A stretch of DNA of 64,000 bases, taken from positions 22,196,001 to 22,260,000 of the forward strand of contig OZ024750.1 of the NCBI GenBank assembly GCA_964016885.1, in the 5' to 3' direction. Made by a program: the position numbers and the translations under genes. The notes below the pieces were generated by a model. That model was not told the origin of the DNA. It ran no database searches and was given only the letters and a program-made list of their open reading frames with translations. The stretch's first letter is position 1, and the number at the start of each line of letters is the position of its first letter. The stretch is from Eledone cirrhosa. Lineage: Eukaryota. This document shows, one piece after another, positions 27,705 through 38,762 of this stretch.

Positions 27705-30700
27705 TCCTTGAATCTCAGTCATTGATGTTGGTTAACTGGAAAGTCCGTTGGATTGAATATCAAGCCACTACCTGCAGCCTCAGATATTCAGGACGTATCG
27801 GAGGGTTCTTGCTGTTCCAAGCAAGCATGCCTTTTGAAGCGTTCCAAAAAGCGTGAAGGGGCCGATTTTCTTTAACCATCCCTGGAAACTTTTGGAGATA
27901 GTCCCCAGTGCGCCTATGACAATCGGGATCACTTTGACTTCATGGCAGTTCCAAATCCTTTTCACCTCCCACTTTAGGTCCTGGTATCGGTTAATTTTCT
28001 CCCTCTCCTTCTCTTGCACTCTCGTGTCGAACGGGCAGGCCACATCCACAATCAGACACGATCTTTTTTTTTTGTCCACAACCACCAGGTCAGGTCTATT
28101 GTGTTCCAGTTTTTTGTCCGTCTGTATCCTAAAATCCCACAGCACCTTCACCTGATTGTTCTCCATCACCGCCTCTGGCCTATGCTCATACCATTTCTCA
28201 GAATGTGGTAAATTGTTTACTTTGCACAGGTGCCAGTGGATCACCCTGCCCATCACATCGTGTCTCCAGCCCTTATAGTGGGTCTGGGCTAGGTGTTTAC
28301 ACTCGGACACAATGTGAGCCACAGTCTCCTCTCTCTCTCCACAGATCCTGCACAGTGGGCTAGCCTCCTCCTTGTAGATATGGTGCTTCAACCACTTCGT
28401 TTTGAGGGCCTGCTCCTGCGCAGCCATTAGCATTCCTTCTGTAGCCTTTTTGAGGTCTCCTCTTCTCAACCAGTTCCATGTCTGTGGATCTCTAAATTCA
28501 GTTTTCTCAAAGAAGGTACTATGAAGGGATTTTCCCTTAAGGCTGCTCTTCCTCCTTGATGTTATTTCCTCCTTGGACATCCCCTGGCCTACTGTCCCCT
28601 CCTTCAGTACAGTTCTGAGCATTGGCTCCTTACTATAGGTCACGTATTTGTATAGGTTGTTTTTCTCCATCTGAACACAGTCCTCTATGCTGATAAGACC
28701 TCTTCCACCCTCAGATCTCCTTAGGTAGAGTCTATCGACATCACTCCTCTTGTGGAACATGTTGTAGATAGTCAATAGCTTCCTAGTCTTCCTATCCATT
28801 TCTTTTTGTTCAGCAACATTCCATCTCAGAATTCCCGCACTGTACCTAATAATAGACACAGCTCGGGAATTTACTGCGCTTATGGCATTTCTGCTGTTCA
28901 GATGTGACTTCAATACGCTCCTTACTCTCCGAATGTATTCAGTTCTTAACAATTCCTTCATTTTTTTGTTCTTTATGCCATCAGCCTCCAGAACGCCCAA
29001 ATACTTGTATCCTTCCTCAGAGTCAATTTCCTTTATCATCTCACCTGTTGGTATCTGGATCCCGTTACTTCTGCTCAACCTACCCTTCTTCATCACAATG
29101 ACTCCACATTTACCAATACCAAACTGCATACATATATCACTGCTGAAAATACGGACAGTGTCAACAAGCACATCCAACTCCTTCTCACTTTTCCCGAAGA
29201 GCTTAAGATCGTCCATGAAGAGGAGGTGATTGATGGTAAGCTCTCCCCTTCCCAACTTGTATCCTGCTCTCACTTTTCGCAGCATAATGGTCAAGGGCAT
29301 CAGGGCAAGGACAAACAACAGAGGGGACAGGCTATCTCCCTGGAAGATACCTCTCTTGATCTTCACGCTTCCCAAGGATACTCCAGTTGATGTCAACTCT
29401 GTCTCCCAGGACCCCATACTCCTGCCTAGCAACTGTCTGATGTTATCCACCACCCTGAAGATCTCCAGGCTTTTGGTGATCCAGGAATGAGGCACCATGT
29501 CAAATGCCTTTCTGTAGTCTATCCATCCCATGGCAAGATCAGTGTGTCTCCTCCTGCAATTCCCCATTACCATCTTATCAATAAGCAACTGGTCCTTTGT
29601 ACCACGTGACTTCTTTCGGCATCCTTTCTGTTCGTCCGGTAACAAGTTGTTTGTGTGGAGGTGATGGTAGATTTCCTCAGACACAATGCTCGTCAACAGT
29701 TTCCACATTACGGACAGACATGTGATAGGTCTATAGTTGGTAACATCATTACCCTTGATTCGGTCTTTCATTATCAGAACTGTGGTACCTTTTGTCAACC
29801 ACTCTGGCACCTCACCCGACACCAAGCAGTCATTGAACATGGCCGTCAGCTTCGGGTGGAGGGATGTTAAATGTTTAATCCAATACCCCTGCACACCATC
29901 TGGGCCTGGTGATTTCCAGTTGGTTAGTTTTTTGGCCTGCCCCTTAAGAGTTTCAACTGTGATACTCAAATCAGTTTGTTGTTGTGCCTGCTCACCGACC
30001 TCCCTCTGTACTCTCTCAATCCACCCTGCCTGGGCATTGTGTCTAACATCCTGCTCCCATATTCCTCTCCAGAATGTTTTAGTTTGCTCCGCCCCAGGGA
30101 TCAAGTCGTTGCCTCTTTCTTTCCCCTCAAGCTGTCCAAACAGCATCTTCTGGTTGTTGTCGAACATGCGGTTCTGTTTATACTGACTGACTCTGTTCTC
30201 GTATCGCCTGATTTTTGCACTCTTTGCTACAATGCGTTGCTTCAGTTCCTCTATGATAATATTTAGCTTTTTCCTCCTAGTTTTGTATTTTATTTCCAGT
30301 CTATTTTTAGTGCCTATGTTTTTTAGTGTCCCATTCAGTAGTGACTCAAGCTTTCCTATGTCATTTCTCATTTCCCCGATTTGCCCACTCAGTCGCTTCT
30401 TCCACCACGGCTCTGCTCTTTCTTGTCTGTTGTTTCCTCTCGCTTTTATACCAAGTAGTTTCCTCACCGTATTTGCTGTTGCTTTGAGGATATTGTTGCA
30501 CTGGTGAAGGCTCCTCGCCTCAAGGTATGGGATGACTTTGTTTACCTTAGCTGTTGTTTCTTTTAACTTTTTCCTGTCTACAAATCTTAGGTTCATAGGT
30601 CTCCCACTATCATTGTTCAATTCATCTACCACTAAATTTAGGATGTCAACCGAATCTTGTCCTAGCCCGTCAGCATTCATCTCCTCAGTGGCCGTATCTC

Positions 30701-31205
30701 TGTTCCAGGTATTATTTATCTCAGTATTCAGATCATTGTCTGCTTCGGGTGGTTCCTCCGTTCTCAGGACCTCTTCACCTTCATTTCCCACTGGCTCGCT
30801 TGTCTGGCATACTACACCCGCCATCTCCAAGCCATTCTCTCTGCTCAGTTCCTCCAGTTCCAGCTCGCTTATCCATCCATTAGTTCTTATTACCCGAGCC
30901 TGCCCGGCCAATTTTTGTTCATCTAATTTAAATAAACCAATCTCGTTCCAGATGTTATGCATCCGTCTCCTGTAGCCCCTCTCCTTGGGGTTACTTTTCA
31001 GGTAACATTGCATAACAGTTCTATTCAATTCTTTCGTCCAGTTGGTTCTGGCCCCTTTCCTTCTTCTCCTTCCTCCAACATCAGCAGTATTTGGTTGACA
31101 GTCAGGTTCCTGCTGCTGAGCCAGGGGGCACCTGTTGGGTGAGAGTCTGTCACATGACGTTCTAGTCTCCATTTCACCGTTATTCGAACTGTTTATGTTC
31201 GATAT
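27705..31205 (-). mobile_element. R4/Dong-clade non-LTR retrotransposon, intact ORF, in (TAA)n
   Basis: Single ORF with RT, CCHC and REL domains; (TAA)n-like tracts on both sides (27672-27704 and 31205-31250); ~75-nt 3' UTR. Confidence 0.92.
27780..31172 (-). CDS. R4/Dong-type RT plus restriction-like endonuclease polyprotein (~1130 aa from ATG 31172)
   Basis: N-terminal WTKELNRTVMQCY..GYRRRM; RT motifs YRPITCL, EQKG, QLLIDK, IDYRKAFD, GIFQGDSLSP, LFMDD, YKYLG; CRICGEREETVAHIVSEC; RHD..RPD..DVACP..EK. The first 51 codons of the listed ORF read through the flanking microsatellite. Confidence 0.93.
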   Translation of the reverse strand: METRTSCDRLSPNRCPLAQQQEPDCQPNTADVGGRRRRKGARTNWTKELNRTVMQCYLKSNPKERGYRRRMHNIWNEIGLFKLDEQKLAGQARVIRTNGWISELELEELSRENGLEMAGVVCQTSEPVGNEGEEVLRTEEPPEADNDLNTEINNTWNRDTATEEMNADGLGQDSVDILNLVVDELNNDSGRPMNLRFVDRKKLKETTAKVNKVIPYLEARSLHQCNNILKATANTVRKLLGIKARGNNRQERAEPWWKKRLSGQIGEMRNDIGKLESLLNGTLKNIGTKNRLEIKYKTRRKKLNIIIEELKQRIVAKSAKIRRYENRVSQYKQNRMFDNNQKMLFGQLEGKERGNDLIPGAEQTKTFWRGIWEQDVRHNAQAGWIERVQREVGEQAQQQTDLSITVETLKGQAKKLTNWKSPGPDGVQGYWIKHLTSLHPKLTAMFNDCLVSGEVPEWLTKGTTVLIMKDRIKGNDVTNYRPITCLSVMWKLLTSIVSEEIYHHLHTNNLLPDEQKGCRKKSRGTKDQLLIDKMVMGNCRRRHTDLAMGWIDYRKAFDMVPHSWITKSLEIFRVVDNIRQLLGRSMGSWETELTSTGVSLGSVKIKRGIFQGDSLSPLLFVLALMPLTIMLRKVRAGYKLGRGELTINHLLFMDDLKLFGKSEKELDVLVDTVRIFSSDICMQFGIGKCGVIVMKKGRLSRSNGIQIPTGEMIKEIDSEEGYKYLGVLEADGIKNKKMKELLRTEYIRRVRSVLKSHLNSRNAISAVNSRAVSIIRYSAGILRWNVAEQKEMDRKTRKLLTIYNMFHKRSDVDRLYLRRSEGGRGLISIEDCVQMEKNNLYKYVTYSKEPMLRTVLKEGTVGQGMSKEEITSRRKSSLKGKSLHSTFFEKTEFRDPQTWNWLRRGDLKKATEGMLMAAQEQALKTKWLKHHIYKEEASPLCRICGEREETVAHIVSECKHLAQTHYKGWRHDVMGRVIHWHLCKVNNLPHSEKWYEHRPEAVMENNQVKVLWDFRIQTDKKLEHNRPDLVVVDKKKRSCLIVDVACPFDTRVQEKEREKINRYQDLKWEVKRIWNCHEVKVIPIVIGALGTISKSFQGWLKKIGPFTLFGTLQKACLLGTARTLRYVLNI

Positions 31206-31213
31206 TGTTATTA

Positions 31214-31250
<37 letters not shown>

Positions 31251-31430
31251 CATCATCATTATCATGGGGGGGGGGGGAATCATTAAAGAAACAATACATC
31301 TGATTGGACAAAAGTTTCTCTCCAATTATTTTTTGCATAGTCAGGAAGACGCCTTGTAGAAGGAAGGGTTACTATGAGTAGAAAACTATTAGTGTTTAGT
31401 AGATAGTCAGTCACGTTTAAGACCTCATTA

Positions 31431-31559
<129 letters not shown>

Positions 31560-31934
31560 AGCCAGACCTCAACATATAGAATAACCACGAAAGCTACCAC
31601 AATCTGATGAAGCCAACTAACTGGAAAACTTTGAAGTCATTCTCAACCATCTTTTAAAATATAATCTGTACTTTAATTATATGTATTGGGCGCCTACTCG
31701 GTTAACATTTTACTTTCTTTAAGTCTGATGATGCATGAAACACATCTATTAATATATATAAACATGCCTCTAGCTGCTGATTCTTAATTATATTTATATG
31801 ATCATGCTTTTCATGTGTTTCTTGCTTTCCTCTCTTATATCAATGTTAATAGCTATTATTTTTGCTTTCTTCCCATATGTGGTATCCCCAGAATTATCTT
31901 TGACAAAGTTATACGAGTTCTATGTTTTGATTAA

Positions 31935-31980
31935 TACTCCGATGATTTCGAACGTGTGCTTGGATGAAACGATCGTTAGC
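31935..31980 (+). ncRNA. Type I hammerhead, U4C variant, in a (TA)n-flanked element 31560-32070
   Basis: CU-CCGAUGA-U-UUCGA-loop-UUGGA-U-GAAA-CGAUCG-UU-AG; palindromic stem III ACGAUCGU. Further CUGAUGA cores at 31604 and 31725. Confidence 0.6.
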
Positions 31981-32133
31981 AATTAAATGTTATTAAACAC
32001 TCTTTGGTTGTTATTTATAAAGTATTCCAGCTCTGTATTATATTTGTTATTTTACATTGAGCTACTCTAATATATATATCTATAATATTTATTATTTAAT
32101 AACACCCACATGTTTTTTATATATATGTATATA

Positions 32134-32191
<58 letters not shown>

Positions 32192-32373
32192 TGAATATAT
32201 TTATGTATTTTTGTGTGCAGGTATATATGTATAATGTATTTATGTGTATAATATATATATGTGTGTGTGTGCGCGTTAAATATTTCCGTAGAAAAAGCAA
32301 AGGAAAAAGGAGTGCTCTATTGAATATAACAGAGCTGTTTAATTAGAAAGTGAACAACACAATATATAACTAC

Positions 32374-32439
32374 TCCATTACCAAAGGTTTCAGGACCCTG
32401 GACAATATTAACATACGTCTAGCTCGTTCATCAGACAGA
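32374..32439 (-). ncRNA. Type I hammerhead in the predicted 3' UTR of the lectin/CUB gene
   Basis: UCUGU-CUGAUGA-(CUAGAC..GUCCAG stem II)-GAAA-CC-UUU-GG-UA-AUGGA; GUA triplet; base of stem II imperfect. Confidence 0.65.
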
Positions 32440-32502
32440 AAGGTTATCTATATAGATAACTTCTCTGTGGTTATCTAATGCAGCAGTTATATATTGTGTT
32501 AT

Positions 32503-32580
<78 letters not shown>

Positions 32581-32585
32581 CGTGC

Positions 32586-32652
<67 letters not shown>

Positions 32653-32654
<2 letters not shown>

Positions 32655-32932
32655 AACTTTCCGTTCGCAGTTCAACTGTACTTCCATTCTCTGGTTCCAA
32701 AGCACTGTTTACACATCCATTATCTGGTGGAGGTGTTTCTGATGATTTATCCATTGCTGGAGATGGTGACTTTTTACAGATCTCAGCTTGACATGTCTTT
32801 GAACAGAGCTGTTTTGTACTATTCCCTGACTCCTCATCTTCCACAAGTTCTTTCGTATTATCGTAAACATCTTCCTTTGAATTTTGTACCCCAGAAGCAA
32901 CTTTTTGTATGCGGAGCTTCCTTTTATGTTTC
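32653..32932 (-). CDS. Host gene exon 6 (last): cytoplasmic tail
   Basis: TTTCAG acceptor, phase 2; (W)KHKRKLRIQKVASGVQNSKEDVYDNTKELVEDEESG...VELRTES-stop. Confidence 0.85.
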
Positions 32933-33079
32933 CTGAAATATAAAATATATTTTTTATCTTCATTACTTCCAAAATATATCTATATATATATGTGTGTGTG
33001 TGCGTGTGTGCGTGGGGGCGTGTGTGCGTGTGTGTGTGTGTGTGCGCGTGTGTGGAATAAACTATATACAATTCGACAG

Positions 33080-33142
<63 letters not shown>

Positions 33143-33146
<4 letters not shown>

Positions 33147-33452
33147 ATTAAATAAATGGAAAACTATATTTATAAAACCATATTTATTTCATTATATATA
33201 TTTCGGGGATATCATATTAACAATATGCTATGCCTTCATCAGACAAAATACAATATAAACAGTTTTATAGATAAGGCATAGCATATTGTTAATATGATAT
33301 CCCCGAAATATATATAATGAAATAAATATGGTTTTATAAATATAGTTTTCCATTTATTTAATATTGCAAATATACTCCAAATATTTGTCGAGTGCTTTTA
33401 TATCAGTTATAAATATTTACTAGTTGTAACCCAACAATTTTAAATATAACTT

Positions 33453-33455
<3 letters not shown>
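33143..33455 (+). mobile_element. Family A fold-back element; full hammerhead at 33185-33250(-)
   Basis: Inverted arms ~33143-33236 and 33273-33366; tail CGAGTGCT at 33389; in (TA)n. Confidence 0.8.
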
Positions 33456-33526
<71 letters not shown>

Positions 33527-33531
<5 letters not shown>

Positions 33532-33744
33532 GTAGTTCCACAACAGTTAGTTCACCATACCGAGAACAATTGTTTCACCTTATTCGGATCATCAGCTCGG
33601 ATCAGCAGACTGGGCTGATGATCCGAATAAAGTGAAACAATTGTTCTCGGTATGGTGAACTAACTGTTGCGGAACTACTTCTACCAAACTCGTCCCATGG
33701 ACTGAGTGCTCTACTACTACGGATATAACCCTCCAGTCTTCTAC

Positions 33745-33748
<4 letters not shown>
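33527..33748 (+). mobile_element. Fold-back element with 41-nt minimal hammerheads at 33560-33600(-) and 33610-33650(+)
   Basis: CCGAG-CUGAUGA-U-CC-GAAUAA-GG-U-GAAA-CAAUUG-UU-CUCGG; palindrome 33527-33683; tail TGAGTGCT at 33703. Confidence 0.85.
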
Positions 33749-33791
<43 letters not shown>

Positions 33792-34213
33792 GAAAATATT
33801 TTCATAATTCTTCGGCTCTGTTTAATTACATTGAGCTATACCTTTTACTGTCATTTCTATAATACGAAGAGGGTGTTTAACTCCAACACGCTCCAGTATT
33901 TTAATCCTTATATATATATATATTGTTGTAGTGGCTACATGGTGTTGTTGTTGTTGGTGGTGATGGTGGTGGTGGTGGTAGTGGTTGTGCTGCTACTGGT
34001 GGTGGTGGTGGTGGTGGTGGTGGTGGTGGTGGTGGTAGTGGTTGTGCTGCTACTGGTGGTGGTGGTGGTGGTGGTGGTGGTGGTTGTGCTGCTACTGGTG
34101 GTGGTGGTGGTGGTGGTGGTGGTGGTGGTGGTGGTGGTGGTGGTGGTGGTTGCTGTGCTGCTAGTGGTGGTGTTGGCGGGATGGTGAATTAAAACAATAG
34201 AAGACATACTTAC

Positions 34214-34289
34214 CATCGACTAATGGTAACAATGATCAACACAATAGCAATAAGTAAGAGAACTATGACAGGAATCAAGATTCGGAGAA
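34214..34289 (-). CDS. Host gene exon 5: transmembrane helix
   Basis: TTTCAG acceptor, GTAAGT donor, phase 1 to 2; (F)LRILIPVIVLLLIAIVLIIVTISR(W). Confidence 0.9.
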
Positions 34290-34442
34290 CTGAAATAAGA
34301 AATCAGATAAAATTATCATAATATATAGTAAAATAACGATGCAAATATATGAACGTTTATATAAGCAATGTAATAATTGTTATAATATAACGGACGCTAA
34401 CCGGAAGTGTTGAAAATTTTAAAGAAGTGAATCTCAAAATAA

Positions 34443-34721
34443 GCAATAAAATTATTTATATTAAATCAAGAGTTACGAAATTTAGCAGATAAATTATGTA
34501 ATATTCATTCATTATTTATTCAATATTCATTCATTATTTATTCAAAGTAATTTGAATAAATAATGAATGAATATTGAATAAATTATGTAATATTCATTCA
34601 TTATTTATTCAATATTCATTCATTATTTATTCAAATTACTTTGAATAAATAATGAATGAATATTACATAATTTATGTACTAAATTTCGTAACTCTTGATT
34701 AAATATAAATAATTTTATTGC
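34443..34721. repeat. AT-rich ~280-bp palindrome with internal AATATTCATTCATTATTTATTC units in both orientations
   Basis: Outer arms complementary; the same sequence recurs inverted at ~37404-37600. Confidence 0.85.
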
Positions 34722-34841
34722 GCATTTTCAGAGTTATCTGTCCACTTCACTATACGATTCAGTGGAATGCTCAGCCACTTGCACGTTACTTTAATGAGCA
34801 GGGTGTTTCAGTATTTATTTCTTCTTCAGGTTTGGCACTTA

Positions 34842-35010
34842 CCGTATTTCCCGGCGCCGAAGACGCTTCGTCTTCGAGGACGCACCCTAATTTTGGCCAC
34901 CAAAAATTTGAAAAAAAAATAATAAACTACCTTTGGCCTCCAGGACTCATGGTAGATTTTTGAGACTTATTTTAGGGGGAAAGTAGCGTCTTCGATGTCG
35001 GAAAATACGG
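34842..35010 (+). mobile_element. 169-bp pogo/Tc2-type MITE
   Basis: TA|CCGTATTTCCCGGCG...CGGAAAATACGG|TA. Confidence 0.85.
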
Positions 35011-35392
35011 TATCTTATCAATCTCTTTTTGTCGGCCAACATTGTTACGTGGTATATTTTATCTGTAAGTGAATTGCAACGAAAATTCTAGACTTTACGT
35101 GCTACAAGTTTGTTGACTATAAAAGTATATATATTTTCTATACGACAGTCGATACTGATTATCTGCTAAATTATCTATTTTTATTTTTATTTTTATTGCA
35201 GAATCGTTAGAGCGTCGGACAAAATGCAGCGTTTGCTAATGTGTGTTTTGGCTCTTTGGAGGATGTCATTACAAGAGCTTCGTCGGGGCAGGTTTTCCGC
35301 TATAGCTGGAGTCTGTTGATCGCAATGACGGTGATAGTAACTGCCCAGACGATATAATTCTTTTCTCGTTTAAAGTGAATTAAATCGCTTAA

Positions 35393-35480
35393 GACGCCAC
35401 ATGTTGCGACACATTCTCCGATGCCAACTCCATCGCCTCGACCACAAACCCGAGCGCCGCCACTTCCGCGCGCGACTCAG
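35393..35480 (+). pseudogene. CRE-clade endonuclease fragment
   Basis: DATCCDTFSDANSIASTTNPSAA resembles DATCSDTFSSRNLVQSETNPGSAA at ~58065. Confidence 0.6.
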
Positions 35481-36616
35481 AGACCTGGATGAGGAGGGGC
35501 TCAGCTAGATTTAAAAATCTAAAATGGCCGACACACCGTGAGTCAGGACGACGTTCCTACGGTCTCAATCGGGAGTTAAGGACCCTTTTCTTTCTTCTTC
35601 CCTATAGGAGTCCTTAATTCAGTGAATGTTTAGTGTCTTTATCACACAAACCCATAAAACAAACATGTATTAGAATTAAGTAATTCATATTTTATATGAT
35701 GAGCTAGAAATGTAAAAATGTCATTAATATGAGTCATGGCTATGTGATTAAGATTACAATAAGGATCAGACCAAATACTGGGGTCAATATAATCGATTAA
35801 AAATGAATGAACACGGTGCTCAAGCATGACCACAGTCAACAGGCTGAAACGAGTTAAAGAACAAAAGAATAGCTGAATTAAAAATTCCCATGTTGTTAAT
35901 TATTACTGACATCGATATAAACATCACGTTATAGTTAATCAATATATTGAATTACGTTATAATAGTCAGACTTAATGAAATAATTAAATATCTCGAGAGC
36001 TAACCAAAATAAACCAGTTAATTATTTTATTAGCTTTATCTAAGATGATTTCATATAAACCAACATTCCCTGCGGTCGTTTTATATTGCTATATTGCACT
36101 TACTATAGAATAGAATATCTCTAGATCTTCATCAATACTGTATAGATTCACAATGGTGGTGATCTGGCAAAGTGGTTAGAACGTCCGATAGAATGCTTTG
36201 CGGTATTTATTTCAGCTCTCTGCTCTCTGAGTTCAAATCCCGCCGAGGTCAACTTTGCTTTCATCCTTTCAAGGTCGATAAAAAAAAGTACCAGTCTAGC
36301 ACTGGGGGGGGGGGGGGGCGATTCTTCCTCTCTCTCTCTGGAAGAAATCTGCTGTAATCAGACCTGGAGAGGGATGGGCTCCGCTAAGCTAAAAATGCCC
36401 AAGAAACGCCGTATGTCAATACGGCGCCCCTGCGACTCTATCAGGAGTTACGGTACCATACATACATAATTACATAAAGTACCATTCCAATATTAGGGTC
36501 TACTCTCTCTCTCTCTCTCTCACTTCTTGTTTATAAATATAAACAACCGTATATGAAGTGTTTACGCCAACAAATTATTTTCGTGAACAATGAAAAAAAA
36601 TAATAATTTTACTTAC

Positions 36617-36757
36617 AATTTAGGTCAAACAACAAAGAGTTGTTTCGTGTTTTTAATTCGCCTATATGGTTACGTGAACGTTCAATCTTGGTAAACAATG
36701 CTTCTCGTTTAAAAGGTGTACAGGAAACGTTAATTGTTGTTCCAATAGGTGAATCAA
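36617..36757 (-). CDS. Host gene exon 4 (141 nt, phase 1-1): end of CUB-like domain and stalk
   Basis: TTCCACAG acceptor, GTAAGT donor; (V)DSPIGTTINVSCTPFKREALFTKIERSRNHIGELKTRNNSLLFDLN, open in frame. Confidence 0.85.
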
Positions 36758-36867
36758 CTGTGGAAATTGTTTGAAATTAAATATATTCAGAATTAATATA
36801 AAATTATATCGTATAAACATTTCTATGGAAGTGGGTGACATAATATGTATGGAACACAGCAAAATTA

Positions 36868-37036
36868 CCGTATTTCCCGGCGTCGAAGACGGTACTTTTT
36901 TTCTAAAATAAGTCTCAAAATTTTACCATGCGTCCTGGAGGCCAAAGGTTGTTTATTATTTTTTTTTTAAATTTTTGGTTGTCAAAATTAGGGTGCGTCC
37001 TCGAGGACGAAGCATCTTCGGTGCCGGGAAATACGG
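36868..37036 (-). mobile_element. 169-bp pogo/Tc2-type MITE, inverted relative to 34842-35010
   Basis: TA|CCGTATTTCCCGGCG...CCGGGAAATACGG|TA. Confidence 0.85.
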
Positions 37037-37285
37037 TAAACTTATAAACACGAAGTCCACACACGCGCGCATGTGTGTGTGTGTGTGTGTATGTGTGTGC
37101 GTGTGTGTGTGCCTGTGTGTGTGTGTGTGTGTTCGCGCGTCGTGCATGTTCACAGTGTTTTCCAGCGCAAATGATTTTTTTCATTTGTAATTTTATCTTT
37201 CCAAGTGTCCTTCAGAGTTTTCTGCATCCAGAATATAATTTTTATCCCGTTTGTAAAATAAGTTGGATTACTTTGAATAAATAAT

Positions 37286-37403
37286 TGTTTCTACTTTTGG
37301 CACAAGGCCAGCAATTATCCCAGTGTATTACTGGTACTTTATTTTATCGACCCCCGTAAGGATGAAAGGCAAAGTTAACCTCGGCGGGATTTGAACTCAG
37401 ACC
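37286..37403 (-). mobile_element. 5'-truncated S1 SINE with 19-bp TSD
   Basis: ATTACTTTGAATAAATAAT at 37267-37285 and 37404-37422. Confidence 0.85.
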
Positions 37404-37943
37404 ATTACTTTGAATAAATAATGAATGAATATTACATAATTTATCTGCTAAATTTCGTAGCTTTTGACTAAATATATTTTATTGCTTATTTAAAGATTCA
37501 TTTCTTTAAAATTTTCAAATGTCAACACTTCAGGTTAGCGATCGCTTAAATAAACATTCATATATTTCCTTCACTAATTTTCTCCTAATGCAGTTTATAT
37601 ATAATATCGTCTTTTTTTAATGTACCATGGATTACGTTACTGATTACACAAGACAGTGTAACGCAGTCTTCGTTTAATTTCTGTGTATATTGTCAATTAC
37701 GATTTTATTTGATGTATCATACCTACATGCATATATACTTGCGTATAATATCAATATACACACAACACATGCCAGCAGAAAACAACCCGAAGAGCGGTTT
37801 TTCTGCTAGTACAAAATAATGGTAGAATGTTTTTAGATAAAAATAAACACTATAAAGTAAATATCTGTGTATCAGAGACGAGGGCGGTTTCTGGTGATTT
37901 GATACCAAAAGGGTTAAGATATATATTTAATTTGCTTACTTAC

Positions 37944-38303
37944 CTACAAAGTAGAATGCAAATTCTTTCTGTGGTAAATACCATAAACTCATGGCAGGTT
38001 TTGTACCGGCAACTGAGTAAAGTGTACGAAGTCCACTTAAATACATGTTGTGCGTAATATTCTTCATGGGGTTCTTTATTTCTTCAGATTCATCAAAGAC
38101 AAACAGAGATTGGGGGTAATTAATTTCCGTATTGAGGGCCTTCAGTTCAATCCGATGGTTTGCACGACCCCTGGTCTGAATATGACACTTGCATGTTCCC
38201 TTCTTCAGGTAAGGGTAACCAGGAGACTTTAGATAAATCGGTTTGCCCTCTCGAGATATAGTTTCTGGGCCAGTCTGAGAACATACCTCTATAATGTTGT
38301 TTT
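37944..38303 (-). CDS. Host gene exon 3 (360 nt, phase 1-1): CUB-like domain
   Basis: TTTCCACAG acceptor, GTAAGT donor; NNIIEVCSQTGPETISREGKPIYLKSPGYPYLKKGTCKCHIQ...; SPGYP..CxC CUB signature. Not present in the ORF track. Confidence 0.9.
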
Positions 38304-38604
38304 CTGTGGAAAGAAAAGAAAATTGGAAAGTTCAAAAGTATGCTTTCAATTGAAGAATTGCTCTTTGTTTAATGGTGTAGCCTTCAGGAAGGGGTCGTAA
38401 CTATAGCTACCGTAGACACACTGAGACCAATAAGAACGCCACAATTGATGCTTTTCTTCAACAACTGCGAGGTAACAGTTTTTAGAAATACATAAACAGA
38501 GAGAGAATTCCAAATAGACAAGGCTAAGTTACGTGACATAATCATATATAAACATACATATGTATGTATATATATATGTGTGTGTGTGTGTGTATGTATG
38601 AATA

Positions 38605-38668
<64 letters not shown>

Positions 38669-38724
38669 TACATATATATATGATATAAAAGATACAGAAG
38701 TGAAAACCAATCCTAATATATATG

Positions 38725-38762
<38 letters not shown>

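Noticed and set aside
27853-31142. Plus-strand ORFs within the retrotransposon
   Set aside because: Antisense shadows of the long RT ORF.
31173-31325. N-terminal extension MERNF..PPPP..IIIII of the 1181-aa ORF
   Set aside because: Mostly read-through of flanking poly-C and (ATA)n target sequence from a TTG start.
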